The translations under genes and the position numbers were made by a program. Source: Methanobrevibacter acididurans (GTDB lineage Archaea > Methanobacteriota > Methanobacteria > Methanobacteriales > Methanobacteriaceae). From it: a stretch of DNA of 24,000 bases. Under the pieces are notes generated by a model. The model searched no databases. It worked only from the letters and a program-made list of their open reading frames with translations, and was not told where the DNA came from. Numbering within the stretch: the first letter of the stretch is position 1; every line of letters starts with the position of its first letter. The stretch covers positions 294,733-318,732 of the forward strand of contig NZ_CP166991.1 in NCBI RefSeq assembly GCF_046197875.1, given 5' to 3'. Shown here one piece after another: positions 1 through 9,393 of the stretch.

Positions 1-414
1 CTAGCACGAAGACTTCAAAAACATTTAAGAAAGAAACGAGCAGCTAAAGAAAAGAAAATGAGATCTAAAATATTCGAAGATTACGTACCTGTAATCTTAG
101 AAGAAGCTGCAAAACTTGGAGAAGTTGAAGTACCAGACTATGAAGAAGTATTATCCAAAGTAACTAAAAGATCCATTGCAGATTTATTAGGTGAAACTGT
201 AGAAGAAGTTGAAGAAGAGGAAGAAGATGCTTTAATGGAAGAACTAGATGAATTCGGATACAAAGTAGATGAAGAACATTCAAACATGACAAATATTGAA
301 AATAAATCAGTTGTAGAAGAATTAGAAGATGAACTAATCATTGAAGAAGAAGATGCAAAAAAAACACAATCAGAAAGTAAACAATCTACTTTAACAAAAA
401 ATGAAGGTGACTAA
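1..414 (+). CDS. top6B: C-terminal end of a larger protein entering from the left edge; probably DNA topoisomerase VI subunit B, with a long acidic tail
   Basis: Frame 1 is open from nt 1 ([19 protein letters not shown] precedes the Met at 58), so the tracked ORF 58..414 is only the tail of a longer gene. The TAA at 412-414 lies 2 nt before the top6A ATG, with AAGGTGA at 404-410 inside the last codons (translational coupling). top6B-top6A adjacency is the usual archaeal arrangement. No GHKL or transducer motifs are visible here, so the identity rests on context. Confidence 0.5.
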   Translation, partial: LARRLQKHLRKKRAAKEKKMRSKIFEDYVPVILEEAAKLGEVEVPDYEEVLSKVTKRSIADLLGETVEEVEEEEEDALMEELDEFGYKVDEEHSNMTNIENKSVVEELEDELIIEEEDAKKTQSESKQSTLTKNEGD

Positions 415-416
415 AT

Positions 417-1523
417 ATGGCTGAAGAAGAAAGACCTGAAGATATGAAAAAAGGATTATCCCATAAAGAAAAAAGAAAAGAATACACATTCAATAAACTC
501 AAAGAATTAGGTCAAGGAATTGTTGCTGATGTAGAACAAAAAAAAGTACCTTCATTAAAAATCCCTTCTAGAGGAACAGGAAACATAGTATATGATGATG
601 CTAAAAAATATTATGTTCTCGGAGACCGATACGGTCGAAGATCATTAGGAAATGTTAAACAAATCCGTAAAATGGGACAAATGGTATTCACTGCAAATTT
701 CTGTAAAGATTTAGTTCAAAGAGAAAAAACTGCAACAATACGGGAAATGTATTATGTATCTGAAGGTTGGGGTGTAGAATTTAACACACAACAGGAATCA
801 AATACTGTAGGTGAAGATTTAGAAGTAGCACTTGGAACAACTCGTGAAGACCTTGGATTAATGCCCGAAGAAGATGGAGCATCAGTATACGGTGATTTAA
901 CCCTATTAGATGATGATGTTGAATTAAATGCTAAAAAATCTGGAAAATCAGGTTACACTATAAGTCCAACAATTGACCAAGTAGAATTTCTTGACTGTGG
1001 AGTAGAAAGAGTACTCGCAGTGGAAACAATGGGAATGTTTCACAGATTAGTTCAAGAAAACGCTTATGACAGATTCAACACATTAGTTGTTGGATTAAAA
1101 GGACAAGCAGCACGTGCAACAAGAAGATTCATAAAAAGATTAAACACAGAATTAAATTTACCAGTATATATTTGTAACGATGGAGATCCATGGGGATTCC
1201 ATATTGCACAAGTTATCATATCTGGAAGTGCTAAATTAGCACATGTAAACTATGACCTTGCAACTCCAAATGCACAATTTATTGGTGTAACCGCAAGTGA
1301 TATTATAAATTATGATCTTCCAACTGATCCATTAAAAGATATAGATGTTTTAAGATTAAAAGAACTATCTAAAGATCCAAGATATCAAACAGATTTCTGG
1401 CAGACTGAAATAAAAAAGATGCTTAAAATAGGTAAAAAAGCAGAACAGCAATCTTTCAGTAAATATGGATTAGAATATATTGTAGATACATACTTCCCAC
1501 ATAAATTAGGAATAGAAGAATAA
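417..1523 (+). CDS. top6A: DNA topoisomerase VI subunit A (Spo11 family)
   Basis: 368 aa. CAP-domain catalytic tyrosine region ([10 protein letters not shown]), Toprim glutamate region ([10 protein letters not shown]) and DxD motif (CNDGDPWG). Length and order are typical of archaeal Top6A. Confidence 0.92.
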   Translation: MAEEERPEDMKKGLSHKEKRKEYTFNKLKELGQGIVADVEQKKVPSLKIPSRGTGNIVYDDAKKYYVLGDRYGRRSLGNVKQIRKMGQMVFTANFCKDLVQREKTATIREMYYVSEGWGVEFNTQQESNTVGEDLEVALGTTREDLGLMPEEDGASVYGDLTLLDDDVELNAKKSGKSGYTISPTIDQVEFLDCGVERVLAVETMGMFHRLVQENAYDRFNTLVVGLKGQAARATRRFIKRLNTELNLPVYICNDGDPWGFHIAQVIISGSAKLAHVNYDLATPNAQFIGVTASDIINYDLPTDPLKDIDVLRLKELSKDPRYQTDFWQTEIKKMLKIGKKAEQQSFSKYGLEYIVDTYFPHKLGIEE

Positions 1524-1551
1524 ACAATTTATAATCATAAATTAAATATTA

Positions 1552-1598
1552 TTTTTCTTATTTTCTAAAATTTTCTTCTTTTTTTTAACTTTTTTTTT
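1552..1598 (+). terminator. Oligo-T tract cluster downstream of top6A (archaeal intrinsic terminator candidate)
   Basis: T runs of 8 (1579-1586) and 9 (1590-1598) nt just after the top6A stop. Archaeal RNAP terminates at oligo-T. Specificity is weak in DNA this AT-rich. Confidence 0.35.
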
Positions 1599-1617
1599 AT
1601 AATACAATTAATAATAC

Positions 1618-2148
1618 GTGTTGGATTTATTTATGAGAGATTTAAAACAATTAAAAATCAAATTATCTAATATAATTAATGAGTATAATGGAATAAATAT
1701 TGATTATATTCCTACAGATTCTATAGTTATTGAACCTTGGACTAGGTTAAAATGTCAATATGGATGCTCCCATTATAAAAAGTCATTAACCTGCTCACCT
1801 TACCCACCGAAACCTAGTGAAATGCGAGAAATAGTGAAATCTTACTCTCAAGCTATCCTATTAGAATTTCATGAAAATTTTGAAATAATTAATAATCTTG
1901 TTGTGGAAGTAGAAAATGAATGTGCAAGAGAAGGTTTTTATAAAGCATTTGGTTTAGGTGCAGGATTTTGTAAATTTTGTAAAGAATGTAATCTTGAGGA
2001 ATGTTTAAAACCTGAACTAGCTAGACCTTCACTTTCTGCAGTAGGAGTAGATATTCATAAAACAATAGCAAATAATGGATATGATATTTTAGCTTATGAT
2101 GAAATTGAAAAAACATATTTATGTTATGGTTTAGTTTTACTTGATTAA
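1618..2148 (+). CDS. Cys-rich predicted metal-binding protein, DUF2284-like
   Basis: Motifs CQYGCSHYKKSLTCSPYPP and FCKFCKECNLEEC (C-x2-C-x2-C-x4-C, Fe-S-like) match my memory of DUF2284. The start is ambiguous: GTG at 1618 or ATG at 1633, neither with a clear SD. Confidence 0.6.
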   Translation: MLDLFMRDLKQLKIKLSNIINEYNGINIDYIPTDSIVIEPWTRLKCQYGCSHYKKSLTCSPYPPKPSEMREIVKSYSQAILLEFHENFEIINNLVVEVENECAREGFYKAFGLGAGFCKFCKECNLEECLKPELARPSLSAVGVDIHKTIANNGYDILAYDEIEKTYLCYGLVLLD

Positions 2149-2296
2149 TTAAAATCTTAGTATTATAAGATTTGTATGGAATTATTTTAAAAGATTATAT
2201 CAAATTACTTATATTACTAAAAGAAAAATAGTATTATAATTAATAAAATATGTTTTTATTAAATTTTAAAAAATTTTTTTTAGGTGTTAAAAAATT

Positions 2297-3310
2297 ATGA
2301 AATCTGTCGCTATTAATGGATATGGAACTATTGGTAAAAGAGTAGCTGATGCAGTTGCAGCTCAAAAAGATATGAAAATTGTGGGTGTAAGTAAAACACG
2401 ACCAACATTTGAAGCAAGAGCAGCAGTAAATAAAGATTATCCTTTATATATTGGTATTCCTGAACGTGAACACTTATTTAGGGAATCAGGAATTGAAATA
2501 GCAGGTACTGTTGATGATATGATTGAAGAAGCTGATGTTGTAGTTGACTGTACCCCTGGAAATCTTGGAAAAGCAAATCTAGAGAAATATAAAAAAGCTG
2601 GAGTTAAAGCTATTTACCAAGGTGGAGAAGATCATGAACTAACTGGATTATCATTTAATTCCTTTGCAAATTATGATGATTCATTTGGAGCAAATTATAC
2701 ACGTGTAGTTTCATGTAATACAACAGGATTAACAAGAACTTTATCAACTATAGATCCAATATGTGACATTAAAAAAGTAAGAGCAGTTATGGTTCGTCGA
2801 GGAGCAGATCCTAACGAAGTGAAAAAAGGACCAATAAATTCAATTGTACCTAACCCTCCTAAAGTACCTTCTCATCATGGACCTGATGTGAAAACTGTTA
2901 TGGGAGATATTGATGTTACAACTATGGCATTATTAGTTCCAACAACTTTAATGCATCAACATAATTTAATGGTTGAAATTAATAATGATGTGACTATTGA
3001 TGAAATTATAGATGCATTTGAAAAACGTTCCCGTGTAATGCTTGTAGATGCAAGTGAAGGATTAGGATCTACTGCAGAATTAATGGAATTTGCTAAAGAA
3101 TTAGGTAGAAATAGAAATGATTTCTATGAAATCCCAGTATGGAGAGAATCAATAAACATTGTAGATAATGAATTATTTTATATGCAAGCTGTTCATCAAG
3201 AATCTGATGTTGTTCCTGAAAATGTTGATGCAATACGCGCATTACTTGAAATGGAATCAGATAATGAAAAATCCATAGCAAAAACTAATAAAGCAATGGG
3301 AATATTATAA
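2297..3310 (+). CDS. gap: Glyceraldehyde-3-phosphate dehydrogenase, archaeal type
   Basis: N-terminal dinucleotide fold [15 protein letters not shown], catalytic Cys motif VVSCNTTGL, 337 aa. AGGTG at 2282-2286 precedes the ATG. Confidence 0.93.
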   Translation: MKSVAINGYGTIGKRVADAVAAQKDMKIVGVSKTRPTFEARAAVNKDYPLYIGIPEREHLFRESGIEIAGTVDDMIEEADVVVDCTPGNLGKANLEKYKKAGVKAIYQGGEDHELTGLSFNSFANYDDSFGANYTRVVSCNTTGLTRTLSTIDPICDIKKVRAVMVRRGADPNEVKKGPINSIVPNPPKVPSHHGPDVKTVMGDIDVTTMALLVPTTLMHQHNLMVEINNDVTIDEIIDAFEKRSRVMLVDASEGLGSTAELMEFAKELGRNRNDFYEIPVWRESINIVDNELFYMQAVHQESDVVPENVDAIRALLEMESDNEKSIAKTNKAMGIL

Positions 3311-3414
3311 AATAAAAAAAAATACACATTATATTAAAATTTCTAAACCTTTTTTTTAAATTTTTTTTATAAATTAAATAATTCATAACCTTTTTTTTTT
3401 AGAAGTGATTAATC

Positions 3415-4251
3415 ATGAAAGATAAAATAATTTTTGGACCAGCAGGAAAACCATTAGATTATAATGGAAGTGCTTATACTTCATCAAAATATCTCTCAAA
3501 ACAGGGTTTACATGCATTTGAATATCAATCTTCTCATGGAATTAGAATTGGAGAGAAAAGTGCTAAAATATTGAAAAAACAATCAGAAAAAGAAGATGTT
3601 TTAATATCAATGCATGGGCCTTATTATATTAATATGTGTTCTAAGGAACCTGAAAAAATTGATGCTTCCATAGAAAGATTAGTTGATTCTGCAAGAGTAG
3701 GTGAATGGATGGGTGCATATCGTTTAGTGTTCCATCCAGGTTTTTATTCTAATCAAAAACCAGAAAAAGCTTTAGAGATATGTGAACAATCTTATAAAAG
3801 ATTACTTGAAAGATGTGAAGAAGAGGGGTTTGAAAATTATACTTTTGCCCCTGAAACTACAGGTAAAAAATCTCAATTAGGTAATCTTGATGAAATTATT
3901 AATATGTGTCAAGGTTTTCAACATTTTGAACCCACTATAGATTTTGCTCATGTTCATGCTCGTGGACGTGGAATTTTGAATAAAAAAGAGGATTATAGTT
4001 GTATTTTCTCTAAATTAGAAAATGGTTTAGATATAAAAAGATTGCATTGTCATTTCACAACTATAGAGTATACTCATAATGGTGAGAGAAAACATCATAA
4101 TTTAAATGAATATCCTGAATATGGGCCGTATATTAAGGATTTATTGTTAAATCTTATTGAAAATGATTGGAAAGCTACAATAATTTGTGAAACACCTCTT
4201 AGGGATAAAGATTCTATGAAGATGAAACAAATTTATGAATCTTTAATTTAA
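3415..4251 (+). CDS. Endonuclease IV-related / xylose-isomerase-like TIM-barrel protein (AP endonuclease family 2-like)
   Basis: The metal-ligand motifs run in the Endo IV order: SMHGPYYINMCS, VFHPGFY, APETTGKKSQLG, IDFAHVHARG. GAAGTGAT SD-like motif before the ATG. Confidence 0.62.
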   Translation: MKDKIIFGPAGKPLDYNGSAYTSSKYLSKQGLHAFEYQSSHGIRIGEKSAKILKKQSEKEDVLISMHGPYYINMCSKEPEKIDASIERLVDSARVGEWMGAYRLVFHPGFYSNQKPEKALEICEQSYKRLLERCEEEGFENYTFAPETTGKKSQLGNLDEIINMCQGFQHFEPTIDFAHVHARGRGILNKKEDYSCIFSKLENGLDIKRLHCHFTTIEYTHNGERKHHNLNEYPEYGPYIKDLLLNLIENDWKATIICETPLRDKDSMKMKQIYESLI

Positions 4252-4539
4252 AATAAAATTTTTTTAATTTTACTTTTTTTTTAGATATAATATTTTTAAT
4301 TTATAAATAGTTCAATTTTACTTTTTGGTAAATAAATTTTTAATATGCCTAAATTTAATTGTAATTTAAAATTATTATGATTAGATGGAATGTTTTTACA
4401 TAATAGTAATATAATGCTTATTTTTTGCTTAATATGACAATATATTTATATAGGATGTTGATTACAATACTATAATATATAATAAATATATGTAAGAAAA
4501 TATTTATTATAAAAAAAATTATTGTGGAGATGTTTAATA

Positions 4540-4764
4540 ATGAAGAACAATGAATTACCTCTTGCACCTATTGCAAGAATCGTTAAAAATGCAGGTGCAG
4601 AAAGAGTAAGTGAAGATGCTAAAGAAGCATTAGCAGAAAAATTAGAAGAATGCGCAACTGAAGTAGCTAAAGAAGCTGTAGCTTTAGCAAGACATGCTGG
4701 TCGTAAAACCATCAAAGCTGAAGATATTAAATTAGCTAAAAGTGCAATTTGCTGCAAAGATTAA
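4540..4764 (+). CDS. Archaeal histone (HMf family)
   Basis: [33 protein letters not shown]...[19 protein letters not shown] aligns along its length with HMfA/B as I remember them. I prefer the ATG at 4540 (GGAGA at 4526-4530) over the TTG at 4522 used by the ORF track. Confidence 0.9.
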   Translation: MKNNELPLAPIARIVKNAGAERVSEDAKEALAEKLEECATEVAKEAVALARHAGRKTIKAEDIKLAKSAICCKD

Positions 4765-4779
4765 ATTTATTAAATTTAA

Positions 4780-4802
4780 TTTTTTTTATTTTAACTTTTT
4801 TT
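4780..4802 (+). terminator. Oligo-T terminator candidate after the histone gene
   Basis: T8 (4780-4787) and T7 (4796-4802) runs within 40 nt of the stop codon. Confidence 0.35.
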
Positions 4803-5020
4803 CAAAAATTAATAATACTACTTTTTTTACATAATTTTAATAAATACGAAATAATTTAAAATTAAACTATAAAACTTTTTTGTGTAAATTATATTTTTTT
4901 AAATTACATAAAACAATTATACTTTTATAAAAAAATATACATATTATTTTATAATAAAAAATTATAATAATTTTTTTTATCATATAATCTAATTATATTC
5001 TATTTTCAGGTGATTAAAAA

Positions 5021-5188
5021 ATGTTTTATAAAACAATTATGCGTATAGACGATGTACACAGACTAAGAGATATAAGAGATCAATTATTAGTATTACAAGG
5101 ACGAAATCCTACAAGAGAAGGAGATAGAGCTCTTAAAGTTGTAGTTCAAAGAATAGATAATATTCAAGAAAAATTAGATAAACGTTAA
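5021..5188 (+). CDS. Small basic helical protein (55 aa), unrecognised family; paralog of the next ORF
   Basis: Not in the ORF track. Hand translation: MFYKTIMRIDDVHRLRDIRDQLLVLQGRNPTREGDRALKVVVQRIDNIQEKLDKR. AGGTGA at 5009-5014 lies 6 nt upstream of the ATG. Shares the core DQLL-x2-QGR-x-PTR-x-G with ORF 5240..5386. Confidence 0.5.
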   Translation: MFYKTIMRIDDVHRLRDIRDQLLVLQGRNPTREGDRALKVVVQRIDNIQEKLDKR

Positions 5189-5239
5189 TATTAATTAATT
5201 TCAAACAATCTACCATTATTTTAAGAAGGTTTAAATATT

Positions 5240-5386
5240 ATGGAAATTAAAGAATATGCAAGTCTTAAAAAGATTCAAGATCAATTATTAATTGACCAAG
5301 GAAGAAAACCTACACGAAAAGGGAATAAATCCTTAAAACAAATTAATAAATCTATTCAAAAATTTAATAATATTAAATTAAAGTGA
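5240..5386 (+). CDS. Small basic helical protein (48 aa), paralog of 5021..5188
   Basis: Not in the ORF track. Hand translation: MEIKEYASLKKIQDQLLIDQGRKPTRKGNKSLKQINKSIQKFNNIKLK. GAAGGT at 5225-5230 precedes the ATG. About 16 identities over ~40 aligned residues with the upstream ORF, counted by eye. Confidence 0.5.
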   Translation: MEIKEYASLKKIQDQLLIDQGRKPTRKGNKSLKQINKSIQKFNNIKLK

Positions 5387-5389
5387 ATA

Positions 5390-5427
5390 TTTTTTTTATA
5401 GAATTTTTTTTTAATAAACTTTTTTTT
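5390..5427 (+). terminator. Triple oligo-T terminator candidate after the micro-ORF pair
   Basis: T8 (5390-5397), T9 (5404-5412) and T8 (5420-5427) directly after the TGA at 5384-5386. Confidence 0.4.
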
Positions 5428-5472
5428 GGATAAAAAGTTTAAATAACCATTTTTTTCAGTTGGTGTGAAATT

Positions 5473-6597
5473 TTGCAAACGAATAATCAAAACAATGACG
5501 TTAATAAATCTACGAATACAATAACCACTTCTAAAGTAAATAATAATAAAGAAGCTAAAGCAGTTGTTTTAAAAGGTGTTGGATATCCATTTAATTTTGC
5601 TTTAATGGATGGTTCAAATATAGAAATATCAGATAAGGTGCTATTTGAACAATATGCACGAGATCAATGGATAGGTATGGATGTAAGTGAAGGCACTTAT
5701 CTTTTTGACCAAAAAATAATCCCAGATTTTGCATTTAAAGTTATCACTGTATTTCCAAACAATTCTGTAATTGGGGAAAATACTTCCATAGTTATTGTGG
5801 AAGAAGAAAAAGTTAAACCTACTTTGAAATCTATAAAAACTAATTTCAGTATTAGTGATGTGGTAGGTCAAGAAAGTGCTAAGAAAAAAGCTAAAGTTAT
5901 AATGAAATATTTACATGAACCTGAAAAATTTGGAGAATGGGCACCACGAAACATACTATTTTATGGACTTCCAGGTACTGGTAAAACAATGTTAGCCAAA
6001 GCATTATCTAATGAAATCAAAGTTCCATTATATTTAATCAAAGCAACATCATTAATTGGTGATCATGTTGGAGATGGTGCATATAAGATCCATGAACTAT
6101 TTACACTTGCACAAAAAACATCACCATCCATAATATTCATAGATGAAATAGACGCAGTAGCATTACACAGATCATACCAATCACTAAGAGGAGATGTATC
6201 TGAAATAGTAAACGCACTACTAACAGAAATGGATGGAATAAACCCAAATAAGGGGGTAATAACCATAGGTGCAACTAACAACATAGAAACATTAGATTAC
6301 GCAATCAGATCAAGATTCGAACAAGAAATCGAATTTGCAATGCCTACAGAACAAGAAAGAAAACAAATCATAGAAAACAACCTGAAAACATTCCCACTAA
6401 AAATGGAAGTACCAACCGAAAAATTAGTACAAATATCAAAAGGCATGAGTGGAAGAGACATTAAAGAAAAACTACTCAAAACAGGATTACACAATGCAAT
6501 ATCTAATGATAAAAAAACAGTAACAAAACAAGACATTAAATATGCAATAGATATGAAAAAACAAAAACAAAACGAAGTAAAAAACATGTTTGTATAA
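5473..6597 (+). CDS. AAA+ ATPase with one AAA domain and an N-terminal Cdc48-N-like region; possibly the AMA group of methanogen/Archaeoglobus AAA proteins
   Basis: Walker A GLPGTGKT, Walker B IIFIDEIDAV, second region of homology GATNNIETLDYAIRSRF. TTG start at 5473 with GGTG at 5462-5465; the first in-frame ATG would delete much of the N-domain. N-terminal N/T-rich low-complexity stretch. AMA membership is recollection only. Confidence 0.88.
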   Translation: MQTNNQNNDVNKSTNTITTSKVNNNKEAKAVVLKGVGYPFNFALMDGSNIEISDKVLFEQYARDQWIGMDVSEGTYLFDQKIIPDFAFKVITVFPNNSVIGENTSIVIVEEEKVKPTLKSIKTNFSISDVVGQESAKKKAKVIMKYLHEPEKFGEWAPRNILFYGLPGTGKTMLAKALSNEIKVPLYLIKATSLIGDHVGDGAYKIHELFTLAQKTSPSIIFIDEIDAVALHRSYQSLRGDVSEIVNALLTEMDGINPNKGVITIGATNNIETLDYAIRSRFEQEIEFAMPTEQERKQIIENNLKTFPLKMEVPTEKLVQISKGMSGRDIKEKLLKTGLHNAISNDKKTVTKQDIKYAIDMKKQKQNEVKNMFV

Positions 6598-6664
6598 AAA
6601 AAAGAATTTTCTTTAATAAATACAAACCCTACTATTTTTTTTTATTCAAATTAATAAAAATAAT

Positions 6665-7870
6665 TCATTCATTAATGAAAAATTTCTCAGCTGCATTAAT
6701 CAAATACTCATCCTCATCTTCAGCAGCATTCTTAATATTAACAGAAATATCATAAAAAATTTTATTAACAATAGATTTAGTAAGATTATCAATAATCTTA
6801 ACACTACCTTCACTATCAGCTAACTTCACAATAGCTTTTTCACTTTCCCTTTGACGAATATCTTCCATATTAGATCTAATCTTACGTAAAATATCTTCAA
6901 CTTTCATTAATTTAAAAGAATTTTCCAATAAATCAAATTCTTCTGAAATAATCTTCTCAGCAGCTTCAGATTCATTTTTACGCAAAGCCTTATTTTTTTC
7001 AGCAACCCCTCTTAAATCATCAATATTTAAAAGATTAACATTTAAATCTTTAACATCCTCATCAATATCTCGAGGATTAGCAATATCAATCATTAAAATA
7101 TTTTCAGCATTTTTATCCTCAATAATAGGAGCAACACGTTCCTTAGTTAAAATATAATGAGGAGCACCAGTAGCACTAATAACAACATCAGCATTAGCCA
7201 AATAATGACCAATATCATCAATTAAAATAGATTCTCCACCTAATTCTTTAGCTAATCTATTTGCACGGAAATAAGTTCTATTAGCAACAAAAATCGCTTT
7301 CAAATCTTTCTCAGCAATAGCTTTAGCAACTAAAGTACCCATTTCACCAGCACCAATAACAAGAACACACTTACCTCTTAAATCACCAATAATTTCCTCA
7401 GCTAAATCAACAGCAGCAGAACCAATAGAAACACTACCCTGATTAATCATAGTCTTCTGTCTAACTTCCTGGCCCACATGAATAGCCTTTAAAAAAATAG
7501 TATCTAAAATTTTACCACAATGATTTTCCTTATCTGCAACTTTTTTAGAATCCTTAATCTGACCTAAAATTTGATCTTCACCAACAATCATAGACTCTAA
7601 ACCAGAAGTCATTCTAAAAAGATGAATAATACTATCATCACCATATTGAATAATAATATTCTTATTATCATGATCTAATAATGGCTCATCATAAGAAATA
7701 AAATCATCATGAATATAATATTCATATCTGTTACAAGTAGATATTTCAACATATTCATTAATATCATACTTTTCTTTTAATTGATTAAATAAATTTTTTA
7801 AATCATTAGAAACTATTTCCATAGTCTCAATATCTGCAATTTTATGATCTACACCTATATTGATTATCAA
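6665..7870 (-). CDS. hemA: Glutamyl-tRNA reductase
   Basis: Catalytic Cys motif ISTCNRYEYY and NADPH fold VLVIGAGEMG; 401 aa. TTG start preceded by GGGAGAG on the minus strand. Confidence 0.9.
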   Translation of the reverse strand: MIINIGVDHKIADIETMEIVSNDLKNLFNQLKEKYDINEYVEISTCNRYEYYIHDDFISYDEPLLDHDNKNIIIQYGDDSIIHLFRMTSGLESMIVGEDQILGQIKDSKKVADKENHCGKILDTIFLKAIHVGQEVRQKTMINQGSVSIGSAAVDLAEEIIGDLRGKCVLVIGAGEMGTLVAKAIAEKDLKAIFVANRTYFRANRLAKELGGESILIDDIGHYLANADVVISATGAPHYILTKERVAPIIEDKNAENILMIDIANPRDIDEDVKDLNVNLLNIDDLRGVAEKNKALRKNESEAAEKIISEEFDLLENSFKLMKVEDILRKIRSNMEDIRQRESEKAIVKLADSEGSVKIIDNLTKSIVNKIFYDISVNIKNAAEDEDEYLINAAEKFFINE

Positions 7871-7936
7871 TTAATTCTCTCCCTAAAAAAAATAAACATA
7901 AAAGAAATTCTATTAATATTATATTACTATTAATTA

Positions 7937-8554
7937 TTAAATATTTTCAATTAAACCCTCAACATAAACTTTAGCTTCATCTAATTTAGATTCCTCTAAA
8001 AGCATATTAACTTTATCATCCTTTAAAATATCATACAATTTATTCTTCCTATCTTTCTGATTAGGAATCTTATTTTTTAAAAGATTACGACAATAATCTT
8101 GAAGTTGAATCTCAAGAATATCTTTAGAACTAATTGTAGATTGAATCTTTTTTCGAAGCTCCTTAGCCATCAAAGGACTTTTACCGCCAGTAAATAAGGA
8201 AATTTCAACATCACCAATAAAAAAACTTGAAGGAATGACAAGATTACCCTCATCTGGACAATCAGCACGATTAACTAATTTACCCTCACTAATTTTTGAA
8301 ACATAATCAGATAAATCCTTATCTCCACTAGCTAAAATAACAATATCGCACCATTTAACTAACTTGTCAACATTACTCAAATCTTCTAATATGGCTCCTT
8401 TATCTAATAATTCTTCAGAAATAAAATCTCCAGCTAAAATAACATTAGAACCTTTATCCAAAAAACGATTAGCTCTACGTGTAGCTACCTCTCCAGTTCC
8501 TAAAATAAAAACATTTTTATCTTTCACTTCTAAAAAAACTGATGTTAAACCCAT
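7937..8554 (-). CDS. sirC: Precorrin-2 dehydrogenase / sirohydrochlorin ferrochelatase (CysG N-terminal-like, SirC type)
   Basis: N-terminal Rossmann motif VFILGTGEVATRRANRFLDKGSNVILAG and ~200 aa length are typical of siroheme-synthase N-domain homologs. Sits directly upstream of hemA on the same strand. Confidence 0.75.
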   Translation of the reverse strand: MGLTSVFLEVKDKNVFILGTGEVATRRANRFLDKGSNVILAGDFISEELLDKGAILEDLSNVDKLVKWCDIVILASGDKDLSDYVSKISEGKLVNRADCPDEGNLVIPSSFFIGDVEISLFTGGKSPLMAKELRKKIQSTISSKDILEIQLQDYCRNLLKNKIPNQKDRKNKLYDILKDDKVNMLLEESKLDEAKVYVEGLIENI

Positions 8555-8678
8555 ATAATTACCTTTCTTTATTAATTAAAAACTAGTTTAATAAAAAATA
8601 TTTCATAAAAAAAATAAAAAATTAGTAGAATTTTTTTAATAAAAAAAATTCATAAAAAATAAATAAAACATATAAATT

Positions 8679-9161
8679 TTATTTTCCATTTTCTAAAGCT
8701 TTAACTCTAAGTAACTTAATAGCCATATGCAAATCATTATTACAATCAGTTAAAACTTTATTAGCTTCAGTTTCAGATATTTCGAATGCATCAACAAGAG
8801 CATTAATATTTTCTTCACAATCATCTTCTGTATTACCAACTAATGCTTCGGATAATTCTTTTTTCAAAGTTAAATATTCATCTGGACTCATGTTAATATT
8901 TCGCAATACCATATCTCTTAAAGGACAAGGTTTAGATGTTTTACAACACCAAACTAATGAACCAAAACAAGTTCCAGCACCTTCGCCCAATCTAGTGTTT
9001 TTAGCGAAATCTTCTTTAATTTTTATATATTCTTGTGGTGTTATTCCTACTTCTCTTAAAGCATTCATCACAGGACATGGTTTAACTGGAGGACAGCAAA
9101 ATGCTAATCCTCTAACATCTCCCCCTCGACATATATGTGATGGTGCGTCATCCCAACCCAT
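8679..9161 (-). CDS. Cys-rich protein resembling methanogenesis marker domain 9, with an internal duplication and a UBA-like C-terminal helix bundle
   Basis: Two copies of C-x(n)-CC-x3-KPCP-x10-(T/S)P-x-EY-x2-(I/L)K ([12 protein letters not shown]...[10 protein letters not shown] and [12 protein letters not shown]...[10 protein letters not shown]). The tail [22 protein letters not shown] resembles UBA/NAC-type domains. AAGGAG SD. Lies next to atwA. The marker-9 assignment is from memory of the TIGRFAM description. Confidence 0.6.
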   Translation of the reverse strand: MGWDDAPSHICRGGDVRGLAFCCPPVKPCPVMNALREVGITPQEYIKIKEDFAKNTRLGEGAGTCFGSLVWCCKTSKPCPLRDMVLRNINMSPDEYLTLKKELSEALVGNTEDDCEENINALVDAFEISETEANKVLTDCNNDLHMAIKLLRVKALENGK

Positions 9162-9393
9162 ATTATTACTCCTTAAATTTATTTTATTAAAATTTTATAT
9201 TTAATTAGTTTTTCACTATTAAAAGAATGCCTAAAATTAAGACATAATTACATTTTAATTAGTATATCTATATAAAATTTAATTCTATATAAAACTAATA
9301 TTTTTATTCTAATAATATGATTTTTAAAGTATATAATGTAAACGGTTTTATTTAAAAAAAATGTAAAAAAAGAATTAAAAGTATGATAAATTA

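Noticed and set aside
138-341. 67-aa minus-strand ORF rich in Ser
   Set aside because: It is the antisense shadow of the GAA/GAT-rich acidic tail on the + strand. Low complexity and no start context.
3093-3281. 62-aa minus-strand ORF inside gap
   Set aside because: It lies entirely within the well-supported GAPDH gene on the opposite strand, with no SD and a non-protein-like composition.
4522-4539. TTG-extended start of the histone ORF as given in the track (MWRCLI...)
   Set aside because: The extension would put the GGAGA SD inside the coding region. The ATG at 4540 gives the canonical histone N-terminus.
4470-4757. 95-aa minus-strand ORF overlapping the histone gene
   Set aside because: It is antisense to a histone whose sequence is unmistakable. 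Its Ala/Ser/Leu-rich translation is typical of a shadow ORF.
5641-6587. Three minus-strand ORFs (5641..5871, 6063..6284, 6297..6587)
   Set aside because: All are antisense to the AAA+ ATPase, which has clear Walker A/B and SRH motifs. They are hydrophobic, low-complexity shadow ORFs.
8364-9204. Plus-strand ORFs 8364..8558 and 8890..9204
   Set aside because: They are antisense to the sirC-like and marker-9-like genes, which have SDs and recognisable motifs.
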